From: Flavobacteriales bacterium
Lineage (GTDB): Bacteria > Bacteroidota > Bacteroidia > Palsa-965
Reading direction: 5' to 3'
NCBI GenBank assembly: GCA_040377305.1
Contig: JBEIPA010000006.1
Coordinates: 128,001 to 192,000 of the forward strand
DNA: 64,000 nt
Shown here: positions 37,914-46,755 of the stretch, in pieces
Numbering within the stretch: the stretch's first letter is position 1
Layout of the letters: every line of letters begins with the position of its first letter
The notes under the pieces: generated by a model
Seen by the model: the letters and a program-made list of their open reading frames with translations, nothing else
The model's database searches: none
Told to the model about the DNA's origin: nothing
Made by a program: the position numbers and the translations under genes

Positions 37914-37974
37914 CGCGTAGTTTTCTGGATGCTCTTGCGTAATTCTACGCTCGCAACTCAGGTAGTTTCCCGCA
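37914..37974. promoter_or_regulatory. Three phased putative response-regulator boxes
   Basis: CGCGTAGTTTTCTGGA, TGCGTAATTCTACGCT and CAGGTAGTTTCCCGCA at 22-23 bp spacing in a divergent intergenic region. Confidence 0.45.
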
Positions 37975-38086
37975 TCACATTCAGTAGCCTTAACTGGAAT
38001 TACACCTTCCATTCTCCAATGTTTGCTCAAGCTAATCCCGGATGCTGAAAAGGGTAAAGAGTAAGCACATTCTAAAACTACGTGTA

Positions 38087-38569
38087 ATGCCTACACCAAT
38101 AATTGGACACGTTATCTCCTCGTTCTTAGATTGCGATCACCTTATCACTGCAACAGGTGATCCGATTGTTATCAATCCTGCAGTGACTAAGTGGATTCCG
38201 TGTGATGGTCGCTCCATCGTTGGTTCACAACTTGCACTGCAAAGCGGGATGACACATGCGCCCGATTTGCGCGGCAAATTTATTCGCGGTCTCAATCAGA
38301 TTTACGGAATTGGAGAACCAATTCTCAATCAGTCACAAGCCAATCCGCAGAACATGCAGATTGGAGCGTATCAGGAAGATCGTGTTGGTTCACACTCACA
38401 CCCATTCCCAACAAATGATGATGGTACTCCGGTAGGTGGAGCCCACCGCGCGCTCGGATATCCAAAGAAACCGGGACCATCTGTGGCCACCGCTGAGAAT
38501 GACAATGACCAGCGGGAAACGCGACCGAAGAACATTTCGGTGTACTTCTACTTGCGCATCAATCCATAA
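38087..38569 (+). CDS. Phage tail-collar / tail-fibre-like domain protein
   Basis: WIPCDGRS..PDLRGKFIRG..GAYQED..SHSH..ETRPKNISVYFYLRI. Confidence 0.8.
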   Translation: MPTPIIGHVISSFLDCDHLITATGDPIVINPAVTKWIPCDGRSIVGSQLALQSGMTHAPDLRGKFIRGLNQIYGIGEPILNQSQANPQNMQIGAYQEDRVGSHSHPFPTNDDGTPVGGAHRALGYPKKPGPSVATAENDNDQRETRPKNISVYFYLRINP

Positions 38570-38601
38570 CGCATTTCATAAATGAAGGTTGCCTGTAACA
38601 T

Positions 38602-38754
38602 GAAATCCCGGTTGTACCAACCGGGATTTCAAAATTAAACAGAATGCGGACTCTGCTAATGTTTCATTCTGCCAACGCTTGTCCTGAGCCCTGTCGAAGT
38701 GTGCAGGGGAACGTACCTTACATCTTGATAATCTTAAACTCGGTTCGACGATTT
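38602..38754 (-). repeat. Duplicate of the OmpA-family gene 3' end, 3' UTR and terminator
   Basis: Near-identical to 40085-40225, encodes NRRTEFKIIKM-stop, and carries an extra 24-nt insert at about 38678-38701. Confidence 0.88.
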
Positions 38755-38945
38755 CAACCACGTAGTTTCCGAATCTTCTAAAGTGGTGACTGATACCGAA
38801 AGCCTTCAGCAAAGTAGAATTACTTTCTCACTCTGCCCTTGTCATTTCACAAACACCACATTCAATTGGCATTAATCACTGGAATTGAATGATTCGTTCG
38901 CTGGTACATTTCTTGAATCCTCTCGACTAAGAAAACATACGAATT

Positions 38946-39335
38946 ATGAAAACGAGATACATTGTGGGCGCTTTGCTCTTTATCATTTCAGGGATTGCAG
39001 TAGCATGTGGTGGCGAGTCTTCCGATGCAACACCAACGGAACTTATTGCGGGCGAAGGAAGCAAAGAGTGGAGGTTGAAGAGAGAACCCGGTTTGGAGAA
39101 TCGCGCCACTCCGCTTGAAAAAAAAGAAGCTATGGTGTTTGATACGAATTACACTTTCGTTAGTACATCGCTGAGTGAAACAAGATCCGGACACTGGAAT
39201 TATGACGGCACGAACCTCACATTGCAATATCACGACAATGGAGAAATGCGCGTATTCGAAATGCTGGAACTTAAGGAGAACAAGATGCACTGGAAAGACG
39301 TGGCTGAAGCGGAATTCGTGCTTACAAGCGATTAG
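38946..39335 (+). CDS. Lipocalin-like lipoprotein
   Basis: AVAC lipobox; LIAG..SKEWRL, SGHWNY and L.EN.M strands. Confidence 0.75.
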   Translation: MKTRYIVGALLFIISGIAVACGGESSDATPTELIAGEGSKEWRLKREPGLENRATPLEKKEAMVFDTNYTFVSTSLSETRSGHWNYDGTNLTLQYHDNGEMRVFEMLELKENKMHWKDVAEAEFVLTSD

Positions 39336-39336
39336 T

Positions 39337-40041
39337 CTATTTGCTCAGAATAGTTTGCAGCAACGTATTAATCTCTTCACCCCTCGTAAGTGTCATCATG
39401 TGCGAGCCACCCTCGATCACATAATCCGCTTTGATATTTCTGATGGGCAACGTGTGGTCATTTGTGCCGTGAATGTGAATGATGCTCTTGTTCGGCTTGC
39501 TTCTCGCCCAATTCAAAATCAGGTTGACTGTACGTTTGTAGTACGTAGGAGATTTGCTGGCGAGCATGCTGTTGAAAATCTCTGCGTGTAGTTCCCTGTC
39601 GGGTTCAACAATTGGTTGCAGGAAACGCGCTCCCGACTTCACCAGTTTTTCTGGAACGAGCTTATTGAGCGGAATAATTCTCTGAAATCTGTACCGATGC
39701 GGTAATTCACTTCTGCATTTTGCACTGGAGATGATGATGATCTTATCGGGTTTCATGAAATCTGCAAGTTCCGAACAGATCATTCCTCCTAGTGAAACAC
39801 CAATGAAAATGAAGCTTCCGGTTGTGTCGATTTGCGGACTGATTGCCTGCGCGTATTCTTTCATGCTTGCGCCCTCTTCTGGCGTGGGCAATGAAACGTG
39901 CACGACAGTGTAGTTCGTGTCTAACGAAATTTTCGAGAAGATCCGTTCGTCAGATCCTTCACCGGGAAAAAGATAAACCGTCGTTTTTGCCATAGCCGCA
40001 CATCCAATCAGGAGAAAACAAAGTAAGAAGAGGTTCTTCAT
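39337..40041 (-). CDS. Alpha/beta hydrolase
   Basis: GVSLGG, HIHGTNDHTLP, GGSHMM. Confidence 0.88.
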   Translation of the reverse strand: MKNLFLLCFLLIGCAAMAKTTVYLFPGEGSDERIFSKISLDTNYTVVHVSLPTPEEGASMKEYAQAISPQIDTTGSFIFIGVSLGGMICSELADFMKPDKIIIISSAKCRSELPHRYRFQRIIPLNKLVPEKLVKSGARFLQPIVEPDRELHAEIFNSMLASKSPTYYKRTVNLILNWARSKPNKSIIHIHGTNDHTLPIRNIKADYVIEGGSHMMTLTRGEEINTLLQTILSK

Positions 40042-40188
40042 CTCTTCTTAGACGTAAGATGTGGCAATAGGTTGCATCAAAAGCGAAATCCCGTCTCGTC
40101 AAAGTCTTGTCGAGATCGGGATTTCATACTTAAACAGAATGAGGAGTCTGCTCATGTTTCATTCTGCCAACGTGCAGGGGAACGTACC

Positions 40189-43041
40189 TTACATCTTAAT
40201 AATCTTAAACTCGGTTCTACGATTTTTCTGGTGCTCATCCTCAGGGCAAGTTGACTTCACTGCGCCTTCGCATGCACAACCGTTAACGAGCTGAGCTTCT
40301 CCATAACCCTTACCGTAGATGCGATCCGGATTTGTAATGCGCTTCTTGATGTATTCTGCGGATGCTTTCGCACGACGATCAGAAAGCGCCATGTTTGATG
40401 CAGCGCTTGAACGACAATCGGTGTGTGAACCCAACTCGACTACCATGTTCGGATTCTCATTCATCACCTTTACAATCTTGTCCAGCTCAATTGCAGCATC
40501 CGGGCGAATGATGGATTTACCAAGATCGAAGTAAATGGGTTTGATGTCGATGATCTTCGCAAGGTCCAATCCAACCGCAATCTTGTCCATTGTTTCAGGA
40601 ACAGGAATCTCACCTTCTTTTTCAATTGCCTGATTGACGGTGATTGTTTTCGCGAGATAACCCGGACGCTCAAATACAACATTGTAGCTGATGCGATCGC
40701 CAATCTTTTTATCAGCAATCGGATTTCTATATTCGCCGTAAGTCGTAGTAACCACGTTAGCTGTTTGTGTGCCCGTGATGTTGTCCGTGATTCTGATGTT
40801 CACACTGTCAAGCGGCAAACCACTCACTTTGTCTTTCACGCTAACGTACAGCGATAATCCCGGATCTTTTTCCAGATCAACATCACGCTTCAATTCTGTC
40901 TTGTCGCCGAAATCAACTGCATTCACTTTTGCGCTACCATCGAAGTATTTGTCCTTTGCGCCAACAATAGAATAATCCGTTCCCTGTTCAACAGTGAAGG
41001 AATAAGAACCATCGATTCCTGTTGTTACGGTTTCTACGACTTTTCCGGTTGCATCTTTCAAAGAAACTTCAACACCCGCGAGAATCACGTCAGCTCCTTT
41101 TTGCTTTGCAATTCCGATAACCTTATAGACAGGCTTCATCGGACGAGCTACGGTGATTGCATAAATGTCATCGTCACCCTTTCCGCCTTCTCTGTTCGAA
41201 CTGAAGTAACCTGCTTTATTTTCTCCGTCAAGTACCAATGAAAAATCATCGGAAGGACTGTTCAATGGCAATCCCGGATTGATCGATTTTCCGAAACTGC
41301 CTTTTCCATCAGCCGGTGAATAGAAAATATCAAGACCTCCCAATCCAAGATGTCCATCTGAAGCATAGTAGAGATTTCCGTCTTTGTCAACGAACGGAAA
41401 CATTTCTTTCCCTTCTGTGTTTACGTTGCCGGCAAGATTTTCAGGTTGCCCCAATGATCCATCGCCATTCAGCGCAACACGCCAGATGTCTGTTTCGCCT
41501 TTTCCGCCGGGCATATCACTAGCGAAATACATCCAGGCACCATCTGCAGACAAACACGGATGTCCAACCGAAAACTCATCACTGTTGATCGAGAGATTTT
41601 CTTCCGTCCACGTTGTGCCGTTCCATTTCGCGCGGAATATTTTCAGGTTGTTGATGTCTTTAGAAGACTTGCCATACTTTCCGTTGAAGAAATTATTACG
41701 GGTGAAATACATCGTCTTTGCATCGGCACTGAAACAGGCAGGACCTTCATGATACTTTGTAGAAACACCAGCATGCAAAAGTGAAACACCGGTGAGCTGA
41801 CCATTGACATCGCGATCTGCCTGATACATGTCGAGGAAAGGACTTCCATTGTAGCTGTGAAAATTTTGTTTTGAAACACGATACGGACGTGCTGACGCAA
41901 ACACAACACGACTGCCATACCAGCACGCACCGAAATCAGATTTCTCGCTATTCACATCGAGTGACTTGATGGAGAAATAAGGTTCCTGCGACTGAATCGC
42001 TTCGTGGAAATCCGGATTCTCTGTGTGCTCTTTCGCACGCGTGTCACTTCCCGACATCTGATAGAAGCGCGTCATCTGCTGATTGCTCTCTTCGTATTTA
42101 CCGTTGCTGCGAAGTGCCTGTGCGTAATAGTAAACTACTTCCGCAGTAGGATTCGGACCTGTTGCGAGCTTGCCGTACCACTGCTCTGCTCTGCCCCAAC
42201 GACCGGTAAGACGATAACAATCGCCAAGGTGTGCATTACCTCCACCTCCACCATTTGCAGGAGCTCCACGTCCGTACCGTCCATTTAAAGCTCCATCATA
42301 GTCAGCTTGATAACCAACGATACCTTCGCCTTTCTCTGCTCCATCAGTATTAACTGTGCTGCGAAAGACATTAATTCCAAAGTCTGTACTGTTATCTATT
42401 GCTCCCCCGCGATACCCAATTCCGTTAGCAGTAATTGAACCGTCAACAATGGTGTTTCCGTTTACTTCACAAACCACAACTCCGCCTGTTCCGGCAACAT
42501 TTCCCCATGCACGACCAGTTAATGATCCTCCGGCGTTGATCGTTAAGGAACTCAAACGCGGAACACGGATAACCTGCACTCGTTCGCGACCACCAACGTT
42601 GTAGGTATTTAAAAGACTACATCCGGAAGAAAGAGTTATCACGTTGCCTGCAATACTTCCTACTTCTACAAACTCATAGACACCTACGTTGTTGTAGTTG
42701 GAAACAGTACCGTATGCTGCTGTGTTGGTAGTGTTAATGTCAGCACCCTGCATTTTTACGATCATCAAAAGATCACAGGGCGATAAAGCTGCAGTAGCGT
42801 ACGGGTTATTTGACCCGCCAGCAATTGCACCCGACGCGAGATCAGCTATGTTCCCAACGGTGATAGTTGTCGCTCCAGCAACGGCAGATGCAGACAGTGT
42901 TGCATACCGGTTAAAAATGCGGTTAGCATTTGTAACTGTCTCGGCACCATCTTTACTTTTTTGCGCGTGGAGCGTGATTCCACCAACAATCAAAAAACTA
43001 AAGAGGGTCGCAATAATTCGTGTGAACGAAATTGATTTCAT
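40189..43041 (-). CDS. Apparent fusion of an adhesin-like N-terminal domain to a TPR/PD40/carboxypeptidase-regulatory/OmpA (PorE-like) protein
   Basis: N-terminal MQGA..VQVIRVP..GGGGGNAH, then LGDCYR TPR, MYFASDMPGG.G..DIW PD40 repeats, and OmpA domain IYFDLGKS..GSHTD..LSDRRA..NRRTEF. Confidence 0.8.
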   Translation of the reverse strand: MKSISFTRIIATLFSFLIVGGITLHAQKSKDGAETVTNANRIFNRYATLSASAVAGATTITVGNIADLASGAIAGGSNNPYATAALSPCDLLMIVKMQGADINTTNTAAYGTVSNYNNVGVYEFVEVGSIAGNVITLSSGCSLLNTYNVGGRERVQVIRVPRLSSLTINAGGSLTGRAWGNVAGTGGVVVCEVNGNTIVDGSITANGIGYRGGAIDNSTDFGINVFRSTVNTDGAEKGEGIVGYQADYDGALNGRYGRGAPANGGGGGNAHLGDCYRLTGRWGRAEQWYGKLATGPNPTAEVVYYYAQALRSNGKYEESNQQMTRFYQMSGSDTRAKEHTENPDFHEAIQSQEPYFSIKSLDVNSEKSDFGACWYGSRVVFASARPYRVSKQNFHSYNGSPFLDMYQADRDVNGQLTGVSLLHAGVSTKYHEGPACFSADAKTMYFTRNNFFNGKYGKSSKDINNLKIFRAKWNGTTWTEENLSINSDEFSVGHPCLSADGAWMYFASDMPGGKGETDIWRVALNGDGSLGQPENLAGNVNTEGKEMFPFVDKDGNLYYASDGHLGLGGLDIFYSPADGKGSFGKSINPGLPLNSPSDDFSLVLDGENKAGYFSSNREGGKGDDDIYAITVARPMKPVYKVIGIAKQKGADVILAGVEVSLKDATGKVVETVTTGIDGSYSFTVEQGTDYSIVGAKDKYFDGSAKVNAVDFGDKTELKRDVDLEKDPGLSLYVSVKDKVSGLPLDSVNIRITDNITGTQTANVVTTTYGEYRNPIADKKIGDRISYNVVFERPGYLAKTITVNQAIEKEGEIPVPETMDKIAVGLDLAKIIDIKPIYFDLGKSIIRPDAAIELDKIVKVMNENPNMVVELGSHTDCRSSAASNMALSDRRAKASAEYIKKRITNPDRIYGKGYGEAQLVNGCACEGAVKSTCPEDEHQKNRRTEFKIIKM

Positions 43042-43419
43042 AAAATTTCAATTAATGGGGTATGCGAAGGAAAATAGATTGTGATTGGTCTTTATAAATG
43101 ACCGAAGTGAAGACATGATTGGTCGTGAAATCCCAACAGTGATGCAGGGAATCATCTGAGTACTTTGTCTATGAATAAAACTCATACTAGCACGCGGGGG
43201 TTAATTCGGCTTCTCCCTATTCATGGATCAAGCTGCAGAAACTGACTTTTGATTTTCAGTTGCGGATTGATGAGAAATCGAAAAGAATTTGCCGCCGCGA
43301 AGGTATGGGATCAATGTCAGCAACTCAGAACGAGAGGCCGGACAAACATAAGACATGAATTAAATCATATACTGATTATCAGAATATTGCACTTTTCGAT
43401 AACCGGACAGACCTTGAGT

Positions 43420-44283
43420 TTACAAGGAGTTAATATGCCGCTCCAAACTCTCGGAAGAATCGAGTTCGAACTTTTTGCGGATGCGGTAACGCTTTTTCTC
43501 AATTGCTGCAGGAGTAATATTGAGCAATGAGCTGATGTCTTTGGATGACATCCCTAAACGCAGTAACAAACAGAATTTTTGCTCGGAGAGAGAAAACTCA
43601 CCGCGATGTTGCGCCAGTAAATCGAGAAACACTTTATCGAAACGATTGAAACGCTGGAAAAATTCATCCCAGTACGCTTCACCTTCAATGATCTTATCAA
43701 TATGATCGCCAGCAACTTCTTTTTCACCGGTGAGAATCAGATCCCGTACTTCTGCTAGCACTTCATTCTTTCGTGCAAGCTGAGCCAGATAACCACTCAA
43801 TTCGCTGCGCAGATTTTCAATTTCATTCTGCAGAATCTGGCTTTTCATCGAAGCGTTTTCCTGCTCCAGTTGTAGGCGCGCACTGAATTCAACATTCAAA
43901 CGCAATGCCGACTGAATTCGTGCTATTAACTCAATTGGTTCGGTAGGTTTGCGAACGAAATCTGTTGCACCTTCTTCCAAGGCTTTAACGAGATTTCCTG
44001 TTGACGTCATTACGCCGGTATAAATAATTACCGGGATGAACTTTCCCTTTTCGCTGAGACGAATTTGCTTGAGTGTTTCGAGTCCGTCGAGTATGGGCAT
44101 GTCCCAATCGAGCAGAACAGCATCAACGTTGCGCTTCTCGATGATCTCCATCACCTTGCTCCCGTCTGCTGCAGAAAGAACTTTGATTCCCTTTGCTAAT
44201 CCCGACATGGTGCTAATCACCAGTTCGCGGTTGCCCGGATCATCATCCGCTACAAGAATTGTTTTGTTTTCAAAAACCTCCAT
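43420..44283 (-). CDS. Response regulator (REC, coiled coil, LuxR-like HTH)
   Basis: ADDD, DWDMP, DFVRKP, LLRLGMSSKDI..KKRYRIRKK. Confidence 0.9.
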   Translation of the reverse strand: MEVFENKTILVADDDPGNRELVISTMSGLAKGIKVLSAADGSKVMEIIEKRNVDAVLLDWDMPILDGLETLKQIRLSEKGKFIPVIIYTGVMTSTGNLVKALEEGATDFVRKPTEPIELIARIQSALRLNVEFSARLQLEQENASMKSQILQNEIENLRSELSGYLAQLARKNEVLAEVRDLILTGEKEVAGDHIDKIIEGEAYWDEFFQRFNRFDKVFLDLLAQHRGEFSLSEQKFCLLLRLGMSSKDISSLLNITPAAIEKKRYRIRKKFELDSSESLERHINSL

Positions 44284-44284
44284 A

Positions 44285-46621
44285 CTATCTGCTTGCTGCC
44301 TCGATCAGCACTGCATATTTATTTTCATCTGCAAGATACACGGATTGCAGCAAATCTTTACGCCATTTAGTGATGTTTTCCGTCTCTCCAACTATTGGTC
44401 TCTCCACTACTGTTCTGATTTCAGTCGCATCAAATAATTCGTAGTCAGACAGCTTAACCAGCAGTTCTGATAACAACTTTTTCTCAGCGACAGATAACGC
44501 ACTTTCTATCTTCGGCAATTCAGTGTTGCCCGATATCACTTTCCCTTCTCCTGCATTCGGTAATGCCACTGCAACGCGTGCGCCGCTACCCTTCACATTT
44601 TCTGCGGTAATTGTTCCTCCGAGCAATTCCACAAACTGCCGCACAAGCACGAGCCCAAGTCCACCCGCTTTCTTCGCAGTTGCAACTCCTTGTCGTTGAC
44701 TCATGAGCACAGCCAACTCGGCTTCAGGAAATCCGTCTCCGTTATCTTCTACAACTAACATCAGCACATTATCGTTATTCACACATGACACTTTGATTGT
44801 TCCTCCTGATGGCGTGTACTTCACCGCATTTGAAATCAGGTTGCGAAGTATAACCTGCAACAATGTTTTATCGGTGTTCAGTCGTTCAACGCAAATGTCT
44901 TTTACAATCGTCATGTTCCTGCTCAGCGATTGTTCACGAAGCAAAAACAAAACCTCTTCGATCACGTCATCAGCCGGAACTAATTCCTTGCGCACAACAA
45001 TATTGTCTTTCTGAATACTAACCCACTGCATGAGATTGTCGAGTAACATAAACGCTTTGCGCGAAGCTTCATTAATCTGTTCAGCATTCTGTTCGACATT
45101 AATGAAGTTTCCATGCTTTGCGTTCTCACGAAGCAAATCAGACATTCCAATCAGAGAGTTGAACGGATTTCGCAAATCGTGACTGATTACGGAAAGGAAC
45201 TGTTCCTTCGTTGCGTTAGCTGATTCAAGCTCGCGGTTGTACTTTTCAATCAGTGCGTTTTTCTTGCGTAACTGCAACACGGCCCAGACTGCTAATGCAA
45301 CCAGCAGTAACAACGCAACTGCTACAATAATCAAACGCACACGTTTACGCTCCGACTGCACGGCTTCAAGATCCTGTTGCGCAATAGCGGCGCGTTGTTG
45401 TTCAATCTCTGCCTTATTTTGCAACTGTAGTACCCGCGAGGCAACTACCATCGTTTGCTCCTTACTACTACTTGCCTGTATGGAATCACTGATCTTGTAA
45501 TATTTCAGCTGATACTCCTGCATCTCGCTGGTTTGTCCTTGCCACTCGAACCAGTCAGCGTATAGTTGATACAAAGTCATCAGCGACGATGGATTTTCCT
45601 GAGAAGTATACGCTTCAGATTTCTTCAGGTACTCCCACGATCTCGCAGCGCTTTTCTCCTTGATATAGTGACGGCACCACGCATTGTATAATCCCGGCAA
45701 ACGGTTGTTGTATCCGGATTCGAGATAGATTTTTTCTCCCTTTCCGAAATAATATTCCGCACTGTCGTTTATACCTTGTGCAGAATAAATTATTCCCAAC
45801 GCGGTATAAGCGCCCGAGAATTCCTGACGCAATGCAATGTGATCGGTGTGCTTGTCAACTCGTCCGCTTTCAATATCGCTGATGATTTGCCATAAGTAAA
45901 TTCTCGCTGAATCATATTGCTCACTCCTTCGGAAAACAATCGACATCAGGTACATGCTTTCATGGGCGAGAATCGGATCTTTCAACTGAATTGCCCGCAC
46001 GTTGTATGACCTGCGCAACCACTTCAACGCACTGTCAGCTGGACTTTGCAGGTTCATGTGCCTCTGCGCATGGTTGTTGTAGATCGTACACAGACCCTGA
46101 AGAACTCCGTCTCTTTTGAAAATTTCCTCCGCGTGATTATAATTTTCGGTTGCTAACCCGAACATGCCAAAGCTGAAATACACGTTGCCAATGTCGAGAT
46201 AAACGTAACCGTCGCTTTTATTGATTGCAGCCAATGCTTCCGCATACGATTCCAACTTGACCAACACGCTGTCGGCTTGTCCCAGTATCTCGTAAATCCC
46301 TGCTTTGTACCGATACTTTGCTTCATAAGCACGCACCGTGTCCTTCACTTGCATGAAAACATCGTGCAACGTATCACACAACAACAACGCGCCTGCGGGA
46401 TCTGAATATTTTACGGATTGCAGCAGCGTTCCTATTGCTCCTGCCTTATGATCGAGGTACTTTGCGTCGTTTTTATCGAGACTCGCGATTTCTTTTCGGA
46501 TAGAATCGGCGATCGGCGTTTGTGCTTGTGCTTGCGAAGCGTGTCTAGTTGCTAAAAACACGGCCAGCGCCAACCAAAAGAGACATCTCGTTTTCACGTT
46601 GGCTGGGTTCGTTCTGATCAC
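44285..46621 (-). CDS. TPR-containing sensor histidine kinase
   Basis: TPR-like helices, TM helix, ISHDLRNPF, NLISNAVKYT, DNGDG, GLGL. Confidence 0.9.
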   Translation of the reverse strand: MIRTNPANVKTRCLFWLALAVFLATRHASQAQAQTPIADSIRKEIASLDKNDAKYLDHKAGAIGTLLQSVKYSDPAGALLLCDTLHDVFMQVKDTVRAYEAKYRYKAGIYEILGQADSVLVKLESYAEALAAINKSDGYVYLDIGNVYFSFGMFGLATENYNHAEEIFKRDGVLQGLCTIYNNHAQRHMNLQSPADSALKWLRRSYNVRAIQLKDPILAHESMYLMSIVFRRSEQYDSARIYLWQIISDIESGRVDKHTDHIALRQEFSGAYTALGIIYSAQGINDSAEYYFGKGEKIYLESGYNNRLPGLYNAWCRHYIKEKSAARSWEYLKKSEAYTSQENPSSLMTLYQLYADWFEWQGQTSEMQEYQLKYYKISDSIQASSSKEQTMVVASRVLQLQNKAEIEQQRAAIAQQDLEAVQSERKRVRLIIVAVALLLLVALAVWAVLQLRKKNALIEKYNRELESANATKEQFLSVISHDLRNPFNSLIGMSDLLRENAKHGNFINVEQNAEQINEASRKAFMLLDNLMQWVSIQKDNIVVRKELVPADDVIEEVLFLLREQSLSRNMTIVKDICVERLNTDKTLLQVILRNLISNAVKYTPSGGTIKVSCVNNDNVLMLVVEDNGDGFPEAELAVLMSQRQGVATAKKAGGLGLVLVRQFVELLGGTITAENVKGSGARVAVALPNAGEGKVISGNTELPKIESALSVAEKKLLSELLVKLSDYELFDATEIRTVVERPIVGETENITKWRKDLLQSVYLADENKYAVLIEAASR

Positions 46622-46755
46622 GACTTAAAGTTAATAGGAAATAGACGACAGGTGATAGTTTCATCTGATTTGGACAATGGAATGCGGGCTTTTTGACGCC
46701 ACGAATTACTATTGACTATTTCCTATCGCCTATTTCCTATTTGCTATCTTTGAAA

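Noticed and set aside
38087-38569. Prophage or contractile injection system
   Set aside because: Only a single collar-like gene; no capsid, sheath, tube, baseplate or integrase genes in the window.
38576-38812. 78-aa ORF
   Set aside because: It spans the duplicated ompA end, the UTR and a terminator; better explained as non-coding repeat.
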